In this document: one piece after another, positions 51,101-64,000 of the stretch
How positions within the stretch are numbered: position 1 is the stretch's first letter
How the letters are laid out: each line of letters begins with the position of its first letter
Origin: Tubiluchus corallicola
Lineage: Eukaryota; Animalia; Priapulida
DNA: 64,000 nt
Assembly (NCBI GenBank): GCA_030141605.1
Contig: JAQGDQ010000196.1
Coordinates: forward strand, 1-64,000
Reading direction: 5' to 3'
Program-made: the position numbers and the translations under genes
Notes under the pieces: generated by a model
The model's database searches: none
Told to the model about the DNA's origin: nothing
What the model saw: only the letters and a program-made list of their open reading frames with translations

Positions 51101-54100
51101 GCTCTGACAAAGCAGCCTGTCTTCACAGTTGAGTTATTTAACTTTCGTTTTTTTACAGTAGCAGTATACTATGCTGTTTAATAACTAATTTTTTATTCAT
51201 ATTTTTTCATTAATTTACAAGAGATATATTCTGCAGTACCATGCTAATTTAGATGCTTTTGTCACTTGCATCAGAACCCTATTACATGTGACCCAAATAG
51301 AAGCGAACATTACGTGAACATTGGACTAGTCTGGTACAGTCTAAGCTTGTTGATTAGTCTGTGTTTAATCGTGTGTACTTTTGAGGTTAGGCTTTGAGAG
51401 ACAGGTGCATTGACACAGTATCTCAGAAGTTGCCAAGTTTTAATATTACCTCATTACATTAGGGATGACATTTCTACGTAGTGAACACTAGCGACAGCAG
51501 CAGATTAGGTGGAGAAGTTTTGCAGTCTAAATAAAATGCCAAGTCATTTAGTCTGTCAGTGGCAGGGTCGGTCAGAAAAAGATGGGTCAGTTACTTGAAA
51601 CCGTTTTAAGGCCTGGCTTAAGTAGAGAGAAATTTTGCAGAGTAAAGGTTACATCTATGGATTTAAAGTGTGCTGTGTTTGAAATATGAAGAAACAGTAC
51701 TATGTAGTATATGCATAGATACTTCACGTCTAAACAACTCGCTTGTTATTAAGTTTTAGAAAAACAGTAAATGCTAATAGGTCTGTTAAATGTAAATTTT
51801 AAGCATAATTTCATTTCCCGATTTCTCAACATTTCAAAAAATATATCTTCGAATGAAAAGCTTGATTTTTTTCATCAGGCGACGTTCTCTTTTGTGTGAT
51901 CTGCATAAGTTTCGATGCGAAAAGTTTGTGAAATTAGCTTTTTAAATCATTTTTGTGAAATAATTTGAAAACAAAAATTATAGACAGGTTCAAAGAATAT
52001 TCTTTACACTTTGGTTCCAAAAACCTTGAAAAAAACAGATATTTTATGGCCAGTTATGAGCTTTTTCCTTCATGTAAATATTAGCAATATGCAACTCAAT
52101 TCAAAACGTGAAATTACTTTGACAAAATACAGAAAATGTATTCCCACTGACCAGAATTACTATAACCGAGATTTTAATTATAATTATGTTGATAATGGTG
52201 ATACAAATAAATAATAGATTAATTATTGATTTTACTGTTTACTGAATTTTTTGGAAATGAAGAATTATTTATACTGAATAATTTGATTTGTTTAGATGAA
52301 GATGATGATGTGTTTGCACCGGTTACTGAGAGCGAAGCAGTTGAACCTGAACCCGTGGAAAGTTCCTCTTCCTCGATGCTTTCTAAACGGCGGACGCAAT
52401 CACTAAGCGCATTGTCGAAAGATGAACCCAAGTCTCCACGGAAGGTGAGTCTGTCGGGAAGCACTTTGTTCCTCACAACTATGAAAGGCAAAATATGTAG
52501 AAATTCTTGCTGCGCTGTTTCTGTGTGCTGAGTTATAATAGTAAGTGTCCTGTTGTTAGTTAGCCTTTATATTTCACTTACTCAAAGGAAACCGGACCCA
52601 ATCGTAAACCATAGCTCAAAACAATCTAACCTATAAACTTTGTTTTTTCAAAAAACATGAAGAGATTACTCACATTGTTTTTTTAAAAAACACGTGAAGA
52701 CATTACTCACTGTGTTTTTCAAAAAACACGTGAAAACATTACTCACTGTGTTTTTTAAAAAACACGTGAAAAGATTACTTGTTGTTTAGACTCAATCTCA
52801 TTTTAATTTACCTCCTCAATATATACATTTTTTGCCTATAAATGTTAGCAATTGTTTCTAATATTTGAAAAATTAGCTTAGAAAGTTAATTAATGCAAAC
52901 CAAACACAGCTATTGCTTACCTCAGAAACTAACCACAGTTTGTGCAATGGCAGGCATCTTCCCTTGCGTGTCAAGCATGCTTGCATAAAGGTTACTGCTT
53001 AAATGCGCGATGTCGCGAAAATGGACTCTACGTCATATGACGTCAGAAACTAACACTGCAGTTCATGAACATGGTTATCATGGTACCGCCTCATATTTGC
53101 CGGCCATGTGCATGTGGTAAAAAGGCGATGTTGCCAATCTTAGTAGATTCACTGAGCCGCACGTAGCTTTGAAAGTTTAACAAAATTTGAGTGTTTGAAG
53201 TAATTATTATTTAATCAAAGCTTTGATTTAAAGAAAGCTATTGTAGTTTTCAATATTTTAGAGCATTCTTTATTCTGAACTAATGTTTACACAATCATCC
53301 AGTTTTCCTTTCAGTGAAACCCATTGTAAATTGAATTTTTATTGCTAGGTGAAGGAACGTGATCACATACGTCGACCAATGAATGCCTTCATGATATTTA
53401 GCAAGCGTCATCGAGCCCTAGTCCATCAACGTCACCCTAATCAAGACAACCGGACTGTGTCGAAAATACTTGGAGAGTGGTGGTATGCACTGGGGCCACA
53501 TGAGAAACAGGAGTATCATGAACTGGCCTTTCAGGTACTTGTTGTTCACAGAGTAAATTTCAAGCTGTTCATAGACTCAATTTCAAGCTGTGTGTAGAGT
53601 CGATTTCAAGCTGCTCACAGACTCAATTTCAAGTTATGCGCAGATTCAATTCCAAACTATGCACAGAATCAGTTTCAAGCTGCTCACAGACTCAATTTCA
53701 AGCTACTGACAGACTCAGTTTCAGGCTATGCACAGACTCAATTTCAAGCTATGCACAGACTCGATTTCAAACTATGCACAGAATCATTTTCAAGCTGTTC
53801 GCAGACTCAGTTTCAAGCTGCTCACAGAGTCAATTTCAAGCTGCTCACAGACTCAATTTCAAGCTGCTCACAGAGTCAATTTCAAGCTGATCACAGAGTC
53901 AATTTCAAGCTGATTATGTTCATACCAATTATGAAACTAGTGAACTGGTTATGGAAGAGATCCTGGTATTATCACTTGACGAATGACATTGTTAGATGCC
54001 TTTTTAGATAGAGAAAGTGAATTTATTATTGTTCAAGTAGACTGTGGCATTCATATTTAGGTACAAAAAAGTTTGTGCATACAGGTTTAGAAGGTTTTAG

Positions 54101-57100
54101 AAGTGATTGTACTTAAGAGTGATCAGTAAAAACTTCCTTATAGATGCACGTAATTGTGCAAAGAAATGTAATTAAGTAATTTGTATGATTTGCACGTAAG
54201 GAGAATTTTGTATGCAGATTGCTTTCTTTAATGAAGGTACTGGACGAAATCTTGTATACATTAAGAAAAAGACAAAGACACTTATTTACAGTCGCTGGGA
54301 CAACAGACAACGGCCATAGGCTACTAGAAATGACTCTTAATGAATACAACAACAGCGAACACCACAAATAAGAACTGTTTGCCAATACAGGTGGTCGTGA
54401 GATTCGAACAGACCGTTACCCTAACGACTCGGCCATCCGTACTGAGACATACATCCGTGAACACCAGGCTATATATATATATATATAAATTTGTGAATAC
54501 CATTTAATTTTGGTATGATTTTGATTAGTAATAACTATTGACAGTTAAGCTGTGTCTATTAGTTAACTATTGACTGTTCATGCGTTTTTAGGCTAAGTTG
54601 TTACCAGTGAATCTAAAGAAAGTGTTTGCATTTATTCCAGGTTAAGGAAGCCCACTTTAAAGCCCATCCCGACTGGAAATGGTGCAGTAAAGAAAGGAAG
54701 AAATCAAATTCGTCAGTTAGTGGAAGGAAGCCAAGTCTTTCTGACGGCACTCAAGTTCCATCAGCGTCTGGTGGTCCATCTGTTGGTAAGCAAGTTTGTG
54801 CAGTTTTATGCATTTTGAGCAATCTAATTTAACATGAGTCATTGCTAGGGCTGTAGCAATACACCTAAGTCACGATACGATACATATCATGATACTAACC
54901 TCACTATACACATTTAGTTAACATTTCAAGGCTTTAATCAAAAAAACTAAATTAAGCTGTTGATATATTATATATGTTAAGTGCTAAAATAATTCAGCAA
55001 ACTGTTTGATTTCTATTTATACTCTTGTATTGTTTACATTTTAAGCCCACCAGAAATGCAAAATATTTCAATACTTTTAATTTAAAATATGCTGGCATGT
55101 TTTCTAGTCCATATTAGCTGCAAGCCATTCAGAAACTTATAAGCAAAAACGTTTTAGCCTTCTACAGATTATAAACGCGTTATGGTTTCAACCGCTTCAC
55201 TTTGGCTGCTACTTAATACTGTAATCATTGCTGTACTTAATACTTGGTACAGTAAAATTAGTGCTGTTTTAAAATTTTGCTTTGCCAATTCATAACCAGG
55301 CTTAGTCAATGCTGTACTTAATACTTGGTACAGTAAAAATTAGTACTGTTTTAAAGTTTTGCTTAGCCAATTCATAACCAGGCTTAGTCAATGCTGTACT
55401 TAATGCTTGGTACAGTAAAATTAGTGCTGTTTTAAAGTTTTGCTTTGCCAATTCATAACCAGGCTTAGTCAATGCTGTACTTAATACTTGGTACAGTAAA
55501 ATTAGTGCTGTTTTAAAGTTTTGCTTTGCTAATTCATAACCAGGCCCAGTAAATGCTGTACTTAATGCTTGGTACAGTAAAATTAGTGCTGTTTTAAAGT
55601 TTTGCTTTTCCAATTCATAACCAGGCCTAGTCAGTGCTGTACTTAATGCTTGGTACAGTAAAGTTAGTACTGTTTTAAAGTTTTACTGTGCCAATTCATA
55701 ACCAGGCCTTGCCAATGCTGTACTTAATACTTGGTACAGTAAAATTAGTGCTGTTTTAAAATTTTGCTTTTCCAATTCATAACCAGAGATCATCCGAAAT
55801 AGAAAATGTTGGTGAGTGCAGTCAGTTCACTGGTGACTAATACCTACAGTTTTGCTCTCCGTTTTTTATCAAATGTACTAGACTTCAAATCTAGTAATAT
55901 TCATTTCAACGCTGGCATATAAACGTTAATTTTTGTCGGAGGCCTTACACAGTTAAACTCACACTGATATCATCTAAGCCCATTCTGCTTCCATGGTTTT
56001 ATCTCATGTCAAAACAGTGCCTAGATACGAACATGTAAATTCAATTCGAACATGTTAATTTAGTTTGAATTCAATTCGAATTGAAAATCATGGATTCGAA
56101 TAGCGTAGCACTTCAACTACATTCGTTCTTTATCATTAACATGTTTACAATTTCATGTAGTCTTAACATGTTTAGTACATCATGTGGTCTTAACATGTTT
56201 AGAACATCACGTAGTCTTAACCTGTTTAGAACATCATGTAGTCTTAACATGTTTAGAACATCACGTAGCCTTAACCTGTTTAGAACATCATGTAGTCTTA
56301 ACATGTTTAGAACATCATGTAGTTTTAACCTGTTTACAACATCATGTAGTCAGAACAGTTTAGCTGCCACATCTGTGCACAGTTTTTGCACACAAGTTAC
56401 GTATTATCTCAAAGTTACACAAAGTCGATTTGAATTCGCTTTCTGGTAGAGAATGTTCGCCCGTACCATTCAGTACAAATACGAACTAATCAGGCAGTGT
56501 AGTTATCATGAGTCTTGCTGTGCATTCTGAAGTTCTTCTTGTCATATGATTATTTAAAGTTTAACCCCTCGTATTGCCGCCATCTTTGTAAATTCTTGGA
56601 TTGTTTCGCTTTTTGTTGTTTGTTTTTAATTGATCTGAAATATGATTATTGTTACCTGTTAAGGTGAGGAAGCCAGCGATGGTGTACCTGAAGCTGAAGA
56701 ATATTCACCTCATGATACATCTTGCAAGGAAGCAGATGATGCATATCCAACGGTAGGTAAAGATGTTTCAAGCTTGAAATGAGTATTTTTTATTCAGAGT
56801 AGTGATAGGCAATATTGAAATTTTGAAATTTGATTATAATCTTGTTCTCGTAATTCGATATCACGTTTTATCTCTTGCGAGGATTTTTATGATTTTAGCC
56901 ATACCTTTCTTTGATTGCAGTGAAATAGAACCTATGTGTGTGCTTGCAAATTGAAACCGTCCATCAGTCGACATAGTTAAGACTATGTTATGGTGCTTCA
57001 AAGTAGAATGACCCAAAAGTTTGGTCAAAAGTCAATTTTTCATATTTTGTAAAAATCAAAACTAAATGTATTGGACTTTTATCTGACTCCCCTACGAGCA

Positions 57101-60100
57101 GTCATTTTGCTTCGGGTTTTTTCTGTTGACAAGCCCCGACCTTCGTCAGGAAGAGCCATCTACTGGATTTAAACACAACTTCAATGTGCTTTTGCGAAGT
57201 CCGTAGAAACCAACATTTGTGCGGTTGCTAAGTGTTTTGTAGAAACTTGACAAAACACAATGACTGACTTCAACAGCGATTTTCTCAAGATTATGTTTTT
57301 CAGTACGTAGCCTGCACCTCAACTTCAACGTGGTTTATCTCAGCTTAGATGTAACATAGAGCAATGAGCTTGGTATCAAAATTATCCTCATGAAATGGAG
57401 ATTCAGAATATGTGAATAACTGGAAAAGCTTAACTGTTGACTTATGGACGCTTTTCGATATGCAAGCCACACCTTATGTTGTTGTCAAACATGTTTTAGA
57501 CTGATATAACATTATCAACTGTAGACGTATTTCGTACAATACCTGTATAAAGTGTCACAACTGTCATTAGTTTTACGTTTTACTCTAGAAGCACAAACTT
57601 GACATTAAAAAAAGATTTCTATATTGTATTTACACGGTAATTATCTCATTCAAGAACTGCAAAAAGGGGGCCATTTATCACATATAATTCCGTCTCCCCG
57701 GTATCCTGGTTTGCAGCTACACGTAAAACTGCCTATGGTGTCAGCACATGTTCCAAATTTACCACACTTATCTTCTTTGAGATCACACTCGTTCACATTA
57801 CCTAATAACGTTAAAAAAACATTCTCAAACTATTTTTAAAGACATTCTTAACTTTTTGTTTAATTACTCTATGACAATGCTACTACAAGCATCACGTGAC
57901 AATGAATTTGAAGCTCCCAGTTTGCACCAGTGTGGTTCGCAATTATGCATGTTTATAAGAGCTTAGGATTCCATTCATTTATGCTAAAACACTACCTTTC
58001 GGTTATAATGTAACACGTATATTTTGCTTTGGATTAATTTAGATTCATTATATTACTGTTCAGTCGCCGATTATATCGATTTATATATGGTTGTAATCAG
58101 AATTAATCTGCTAATCGCCCATCACTAATTCGCATACAGAAGATCATTATAGTGTTACAATTTAGTTTTATAAGCAGAGGTGTGTCTGTGACTAAATCTA
58201 TGTCATTTAATGTAGAAATCTGCCAAGTTTTCTGCTTTTCTTTTGGGCTGTGTTTGGTGGTTTCTAAGACAAACCAAGATAAGATTATTAAATGGATTAT
58301 TGAGAAAACATTTCATTTTGTCATTTGCATCAGCTTATTTTTACAGCAGTGCAAAATGATTGCGCATGCAAATTTTAGGCAAAAAATTTGCAAAACTGTA
58401 TTTTCTGCTTTAAACCTCTATCGAAGCTTTGACTTTTTTGTTTTTTTAATGTGGTTTCTTGTACCATCTTTTGCTGTGTATTCTTTTTACCACATTTTTA
58501 TTTTTGTATTTTTGTGCTTGTAGTCAAAATCACCAGCAGATGCATATGATGCATCGTATGGCGATGAACTAGGAGAGGAGCAGCTAGTCATAAACACCGA
58601 TGATGATGTCGGAGGTTAGATATCATTTAGTACTTTTCACTATTCTGAACTTGAATTATATAGTTCATGCCTTACACTGAATGCTTTAAAGGAAAACCGG
58701 ATGATTGTGTAAACATTAGTTCAGAATAAAGAATGCTTTTAAATATTGAAAACTACAATAGATTTTTTTAAATCCAGGCTTAGATTAAATAATAATTACC
58801 TCGGATACTCAAATTTTGTTTATCTTTCAAAGCTATGCGCGGCTTTGTGATATCTATTAAGATTGGCAATGGCGCCTTTTTGTCACATTCACGTGGCCGA
58901 CAAATAGAAGGCGGTACCATGATAACCATGGTCGTGAACTGCAGTGTTAGTTTCTGACGTCATATGACGTAGTGCCCATTTTCGTGATATCACGCGTTGA
59001 AGCAGCAACACTTACGCAAACGTGCTTGACGGGTAACAAAGATGCCTGCCATTGCCCAAGCTGTGGTTAGTTTCTGACATAACCATGTGTTTGGTTGCCG
59101 TTAATTTTAATTAAAACTTTCCAAGCTAATTATTGAAATATAAGAAACAATTGCTACCTTTTATAGGCAAGAAAATGTATATTTTGGACAGTAAATTAAA
59201 ATGAGATTGAGTGTTAACAATCGTCCAGTTTTCCTTTAATTGTACTTTGGTAGTTAAAAACCTGCGCTGTAATTAGGTATTTGTATGTTAAAGTATTTGT
59301 AGCAGTATTAACTGAACAACCAGAGTTTTTATAAAGTTTACCACAATTGATTTTCTTTCTGAAGTCTGAAGATTTGTACATATATTTTCAATCTTATGTT
59401 AAATGTTTAATCCTGGTAGCAAAAAATTCTGTGTAAGGTGCAGACTTGCTGTATGATAGAAACACTTGCGCTTAAAGATTTTATGAATGCATGTTTGTAA
59501 GGCACGTTTTAAGCAGTTTGTTTGCTTCTGTAAATTGTTGCTTTGCTCATTGTAAAATCTTGGAGGAAGTTTTTAGCTGTTGATTTTCTGTCACGATTGT
59601 CTTTTTTTATTTGAAGCTGACTTTCATTTTTGTGATTTTTTAATATAATTTAATTAAACGTTCTGCTAAAGTTGATAGCAATACTCAGTAGTGCTGGATG
59701 TCGCAGAATCATTGGGGATTTAGTGTGCTTCAACTCTGCGATAATTTTACTAAGTTTTTTATTTGCTTTAACTTGTTTTGCCTTAAAAGACAAGAAAGGG
59801 GTACCTGAAGTAGGTTTCAGAACAATCGCCTTAAAAAATTATATTACCTTGTAGTAATTTTATGCGTATATCGTATTCGCTTTGAAAGGATGTTTTCTTT
59901 GTTTTCATTTTAAATCTTCAGCAATACTGTTCTGAAGTCGCCATTAAAAAAAAAACTTTAATTTTTTTTTTTGAAGTCGTCCCAAAAAACTTTCCATGTA
60001 AAGTTATATTACTTAGCATTTTGCTTACCTGCTTGAAAGACTGGTGCAACTAGAAAAGAAAATTATTAATTATTTAAAATGTTTTCACCAAATGATAAAG

Positions 60101-62615
60101 TGTCGCTGACTCGCCTTTAGGGTGCACCACTCACTAACCAAAAACGTATTTTTAAACTTATTGAGAACCTGCAGTAATTTAAAATTTTGCTTCGTTAGTG
60201 ACGTGTGTGCTACGAATTCTCTGATTATTTTTTTAAAGTTTACACAATGTTATCTAAACTTGTTTCAAATGACCTGTCATCAAAATGGCTGCATCTAATG
60301 GTCATCGCAGGATTTTAAATTTACCTTTTTTATACAGTTTTACTATCGACACAAGTCTAATATGTAAAAAGGTAGTAGGTAAGTGGTATAAAATTTCAAG
60401 ACAAATTTTTTAAGCTTTATCTAAATTGGGGGTTTTCTTGTGCTTTAATGTTTGTTGCTTTTATTATCAATACATGTATTTCCTTGCACTATCCATGATC
60501 CGCCATTTCTAAAGGGTTTCTATTCAGAACAAAAGTGTAACTTCACCATGTTGCCTTACGCTGCATGCAACAATTGTGAGATTTTGAATTTTTCAGGCGA
60601 TGACAGCGAGGTTCGTGCTCACGCTGAGAATATATCACCAACTAATAAGACAGTTACTGACAGAACTGTGATCAATTTGAAATCCGATGAACACATGCCT
60701 ACTGATAGCGACAGTGATCTTGATAATGATAAGGACCTGTTTGAAAACAAAGGTGACTACTCTGTATTAAAGCAAAATCCAAGTCTCTCGGGAAGTTAAG
60801 CTTATTTTAATATTTGGGGAAAATGTTAGAAGGTTTCGGCAATAAAATTGTGATAAGCGCCTCGTGTAATTAGTGAAACCAATTTAAAGTCGCCGTTACT
60901 TCACACTTGGGTGCGCTCATTTTAGCAAAAAATAGTGTCATCTGGTTACCGTGCAATATAAACACTTATCCCGCCAGGTGCTTCAGAATCTTTTTTTAAC
61001 TTATAGAGCAAACTCTGTAAACTAAGTAACCAGTCTGGTGCCTACTATGTGCTAACAAGTTTACATGCGTATCTAAAAGTCAACAAAAATCTGTATATTA
61101 ATTATTTACACAATTAATGATAATTACTAGCACATTTTAATCCTGTAGTTACAATTTTTAATGCATTGATTATACATTTTAATTTTGTGCTTAAAGTCAC
61201 AAGAAGGATACCTTCATCATATTTCAACTTTGTCTTTTTTGGTTTTCCGTTGCAGTTTTTCCTCAGCAGCGATTTTCTCCTGTTCGCAAGCAGACACCTG
61301 CACAGGTCACACATCGGCCGAAACCAATTAAAGTGTCGCACGAGAAACCGGAACTGAATTTGCCTCCATCTGGTGTCACTCAACCGTCAATTGCTTCAAG
61401 CGAAATGCCATTACTGCCCCGCCCGTCTAGTTGTTCCGGTTTTCAGCCCACGAGTGCTTTCGTTAAGGCTGCTCGACCCAAAAATGATGGTCAAATTCAC
61501 TTCGTAGGTGCTCCAAAAACGACTACACTGTCCAGTGTAATGCCGCCCGCTCAGCACTCTGCAGTGAAGGCCAGTCCTATGAGAATGATGCAAGAAGATA
61601 AACCACAGCTTGTCTTAGGAAACACAGTAACAAGTGCAGGACAGCAGAGAAATCAGAAACTGTACACCCACTCCAGAGTTCTGTTAGCACCTAAGAGTAC
61701 GACAAGTGCTGAGGTGGTATCTTCGTCTCGCGCCGGCTTTTTCGTACAGCCTGCAACAACGGGTATAACCGATCGTAATCTCACCGCTACAACGTTCACG
61801 ACTACGATCAAGCCGCTGCCAACTACAGTGCAAATTGCTTCTAAACACATGACTCCTGCTGGCGAGACGTTCCAGCAAATGCAGAACAGTCAAGGCTTGC
61901 TGAAACTTCAGCCGCCACAGATTTCTCTGCACTCTCCTAAAGGCTCAACGTCGCAGTACATCGTCGGATCTCCTACAGTGCATACAGTGACGAAACCTGC
62001 TCTTGTCACACGGACCTTATCATCAACGACTGCTTCTGCTAGCTCAAACAGACGCCAAGATGGTAAAGGTGGGTCATTACCTGCTGCGCCATTGATAACG
62101 AATGTCGTTTTAAGGCCAAGCCAAACTGTTTATCAACAGCCTGTTGTAACACAGACCGTACAATCAAATAATTTTTCCATCTCTCCTGCGGTCATTCCTC
62201 AAGGATCTGCAACGCATGTCCAGTACATTTTACCTTCGCTCACCGTGCAGACTAACCCTAATGGAAAAGTGCAGAACCTTCTACAGATGGCGCTACCCTG
62301 CGCTTCACTTCAAAGCGGAAACATCCAGCTCACGGCCATACCAACTATAGTGCCGTCGACGTACAATAGCGGCAACAGCGTAAATTTAGCTTCGGTCAGC
62401 AACGGTCAAGCTAATGGGCCACATTCTAGTCAGCATTCTGGTACTCAGTACAGGAAAGAGGTACCAGAGAAAGATGCACTGAGCAATGCTAATCAACCGG
62501 TGACAATCACAAACAGTGCTATAGGGGCGTGTCAGATACAGGTGGCACCTGTACAGCAGCCAGGTAACTTGGCAGTCACACCACAACCTCAGAGATTTGT
62601 GCTGTCCCCGTCAAG
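42191..62615 (+). CDS. cic: Protein capicua homolog (HMG-box repressor), long isoform; continues beyond the window
   Basis: In-frame exons 42191-45167, 49549-49698, 52296-52444, 53349-53534, 54641-54785, 56664-56752, 58524-58614, 60597-60752, 61256-62615. Motifs: N1 [55 protein letters not shown] box [42 protein letters not shown]1 domain not reached. Confidence 0.97.
47340..47620 (+). promoter_or_regulatory. Candidate internal (cic short-isoform) promoter
   Basis: Intronic CpG-rich island with TGACGTCA at 47451-47458 and CCAAT at 47488-47492 and near 47364. Confidence 0.55.
48584..48608 (+). CDS. cic: Candidate cic short-isoform first coding micro-exon (MAKSKWKK)
   Basis: Acceptor cacag at 48550, aacATGg context, donor ag/gtaaat; phase 1, matching the common exon at 49549. 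Confidence 0.45.
49549..49698 (+). CDS. cic: cic exon with ataxin-1-binding motif
   Basis: [15 protein letters not shown]. Confidence 0.95.
49815..50180 (+). mobile_element. Dispersed TTCGAA-rich repeat (second copy at 56020-56450)
   Basis: Shared gattcgaata...gcac.tcaactacat.cgttcttta and aattcgctttct blocks. Confidence 0.55.
52296..52444 (+). CDS. cic: cic exon with 14-3-3/RSK site
   Basis: EDDDVF...[20 protein letters not shown]. Confidence 0.95.
52582..53313 (+). mobile_element. TTAA-type MITE, family B, with an internal short tandem expansion
   Basis: tcaa-aggaaaccggac ... acaatcatccagttttcct; body homologous to 27662-28202. Confidence 0.85.
53349..53534 (+). CDS. cic: cic HMG-box exon 1
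   Basis: [62 protein letters not shown]. Confidence 0.98.
53545..53912. repeat. 23-bp minisatellite directly after the HMG exon donor
   Basis: Unit cacagactcaatttcaagctgct. Confidence 0.95.
54390..54442 (-). mobile_element. Possible tRNA-derived SINE head
   Basis: Reverse strand ggatggccgagtcgttagg...gttcgaatctcacg has A-box-like and B-box-like motifs; too short for a tRNA cloverleaf. Confidence 0.35.
54641..54785 (+). CDS. cic: cic HMG-box exon 2
   Basis: [22 protein letters not shown]. Confidence 0.97.
55230..55786. repeat. 81-bp minisatellite, about 7 copies
   Basis: Unit gctgtacttaatacttggtacagtaaaattagtgctgttttaaa.ttttgctttgccaattcataaccaggcttagtcaat. Confidence 0.98.
56136..56351. 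repeat. 27-bp minisatellite, about 8 copies
   Basis: Unit ttaacatgtttagaacatcatgtagtc. Confidence 0.95.
56664..56752 (+). CDS. cic: cic exon (acidic linker)
   Basis: [30 protein letters not shown]; phase-compatible, weaker aag acceptor. Confidence 0.7.
58524..58614 (+). CDS. cic: cic exon
   Basis: [30 protein letters not shown]. Confidence 0.8.
58686..59239 (-). mobile_element. TTAA-flanked MITE, family B, complete
   Basis: ttaa-aggaaaaccggatgattgt ... acaatcgtccagttttcct-ttaa; both TTAA intact. Confidence 0.9.
59783..60448 (+). mobile_element. TTAA-flanked MITE, family A
   Basis: ttaa-aagacaagaaaggggtac ... ggggttttcttgtgct-ttaa. Confidence 0.87.
60597..60752 (+). CDS. cic: cic exon
   Basis: [16 protein letters not shown] resembles the IDLKCKERVTDSES block of CIC. 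Confidence 0.85.
60767..60925 (+). mobile_element. Family D MITE 5' fragment
   Basis: Matches the reverse complement of 5850-6003 and also 14500-14575. Confidence 0.65.
61256..62615 (+). CDS. cic: cic large S/T/P/Q-rich exon
   Basis: Starts VFPQQRFSP...RPKPIK; continuous with ORF 61333; donor ag/gttag. Confidence 0.9.
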
Positions 62616-63259
62616 GTTAGTAACTACTTTATTTAAAGTTGACAAATTCGGTGTGTTTTTATATGTGAATAAACGTTAAAAAATGTAGTTTTTTTACTAT
62701 CATTCAGTCTTGCCTCATAGAGAGGTATGCAGCTAATTGTTTAATTAAGCACAACTACATTAAAATTAACTCCACTTAGTACATTTGAGAACTCTGAAGA
62801 AGCAAGAATTCACACCACTTAGCTTGTAAGCAGTGGCGGCTGGTGTATATGCACTGAGGAGCTGCCCCTATTTTCTTATCGCTATTATTGATAGCATTCA
62901 TAATAATAATTATTATTAATTCTTCATTTGCTGCCTTCATCATTGTTAGTATTTTTGCTGACGTCGATTTTTCATTTATAAAGACGGTCATTTTGCAGCT
63001 TGTTGCTGATAACAGATTTGGCTTATTTGCAGTTCCCTCCAAATATCCTTCTGCATATTACTAATTAATTTATACATATTTAATAATTAATTAATTAATT
63101 CACTAATTAAACGAACAATGACCCTGTTTAGTCTGGCACAGTGCGTGTCATGAAATCACATTCATATTACAAACATATTTCCCATTCAGAATATATCGTT
63201 CAGACAATTCCCTTAGGAATATTCCCATAAGTGAAGAATGATATATTGTGGCTTTATAT

Positions 63260-63675
63260 TAGTGATGGTAGTCATGCATAGGCATTCCGAAACTGCAGCA
63301 CCCCCTATTTTCACTTGATATTATCAACAACATTCAATATAATAGAGTCTTTTTTCTTTAATTCTTTCTTTACTTGTACATTGCATAATTCTTAAGCTTA
63401 ATGTCAGTAGCTGTCGCCTAGTTTATGAAAAAATTACAACAATCCACGTATGGAAATGTGCGCTTCACTTCTCCAGTGATACGGTGTTTGCTTGTGCGCA
63501 TGTGGCCATACACACATGTCCGAGATAAGAAGCTGCCATGTTGTGTAAATGTAAGTTTGGGTTTCTTTTTAACTAAATTTTCTGTTTTTTTCATTTTGCA
63601 CAATATTTAAACGATGACTAAAATTTTATTTCCTGAAGCAGCACCCCCACTGATTTTGGCTGTGATCCACCGCTG
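63260..63675 (+). mobile_element. hAT-type MITE related to 19816-20849
   Basis: Shared aactgcagcacccct.ttttcact, tgtgcgcatg.ggccat.c.cacatgtc.gagataa and gaagc.gcacccc blocks; a related terminus cagtggcggctggtg at 62831. Confidence 0.65.
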
Positions 63676-64000
63676 CTTGGAAGTAATCGATTTGCGTAAA
63701 GTAATAATAATTCAAACGAAAAATACTTTGAAATTTGATCTATTTTTAGATTACAATGTATGTCAAATAGGAAGCCTAAGTTTTCTAGTTTATTTGCTGC
63801 TGGATTTCAGTTTTGCTTGTTATTCATCAAAGTTTTTCTGGTCATGTCACTTTATTTAAAAGTTATTCGAGTTAAATGAAGAAGCGGTGTGAAAAACCAT
63901 TTTGTTTGGAAATGAATTAGTTACTTGTCTAAACTGTAAACAGGTAGTTGATTCTCACCAAGGTAATAAAATGCAGTTGCTTAGGCATTTTCTTCAACGT

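Noticed and set aside
54390-54442. Functional tRNA gene
   Set aside because: Spacing between the A-like and B-like boxes is too short and no cloverleaf can be drawn.

Overview
AT-rich, intron- and repeat-rich metazoan (invertebrate-type, TTAGGG-like telomeric motif) genomic DNA. Three spliced genes can be built by hand from GT-AG boundaries with consistent reading phases. (1) A minus-strand SLC6 sodium/chloride-dependent amino-acid transporter (glycine/proline-transporter-like): nine coding exons between 1375 and 13571; the start exon was not found and the last TM exons are not in the window. (2) A five-exon plus-strand gene (16239-24329, about 555 aa) for a type I single-pass membrane protein I cannot assign to a family. 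(3) capicua (cic), plus strand, from 42191 to beyond the window end, with the long-isoform N1 exon, ATXN1-binding motif, 14-3-3 motif, HMG box and a candidate short-isoform promoter and first exon. Introns and intergenic DNA hold many micro- and minisatellites, at least four families of TTAA-flanked (Kolobok/T2-type) MITEs, hAT MITEs with 8-bp TSDs, LINE remnants and telomere-like repeats inside inverted-repeat elements. The most unusual structure is a roughly 99% identical inverted duplication (arms about 167-939 and 1094-1865) containing a complete SLC6 coding exon with both splice sites; it may be real or an assembly artefact. Most long ORFs in the supplied track are repeat artefacts. All coordinates and counts were read by eye.
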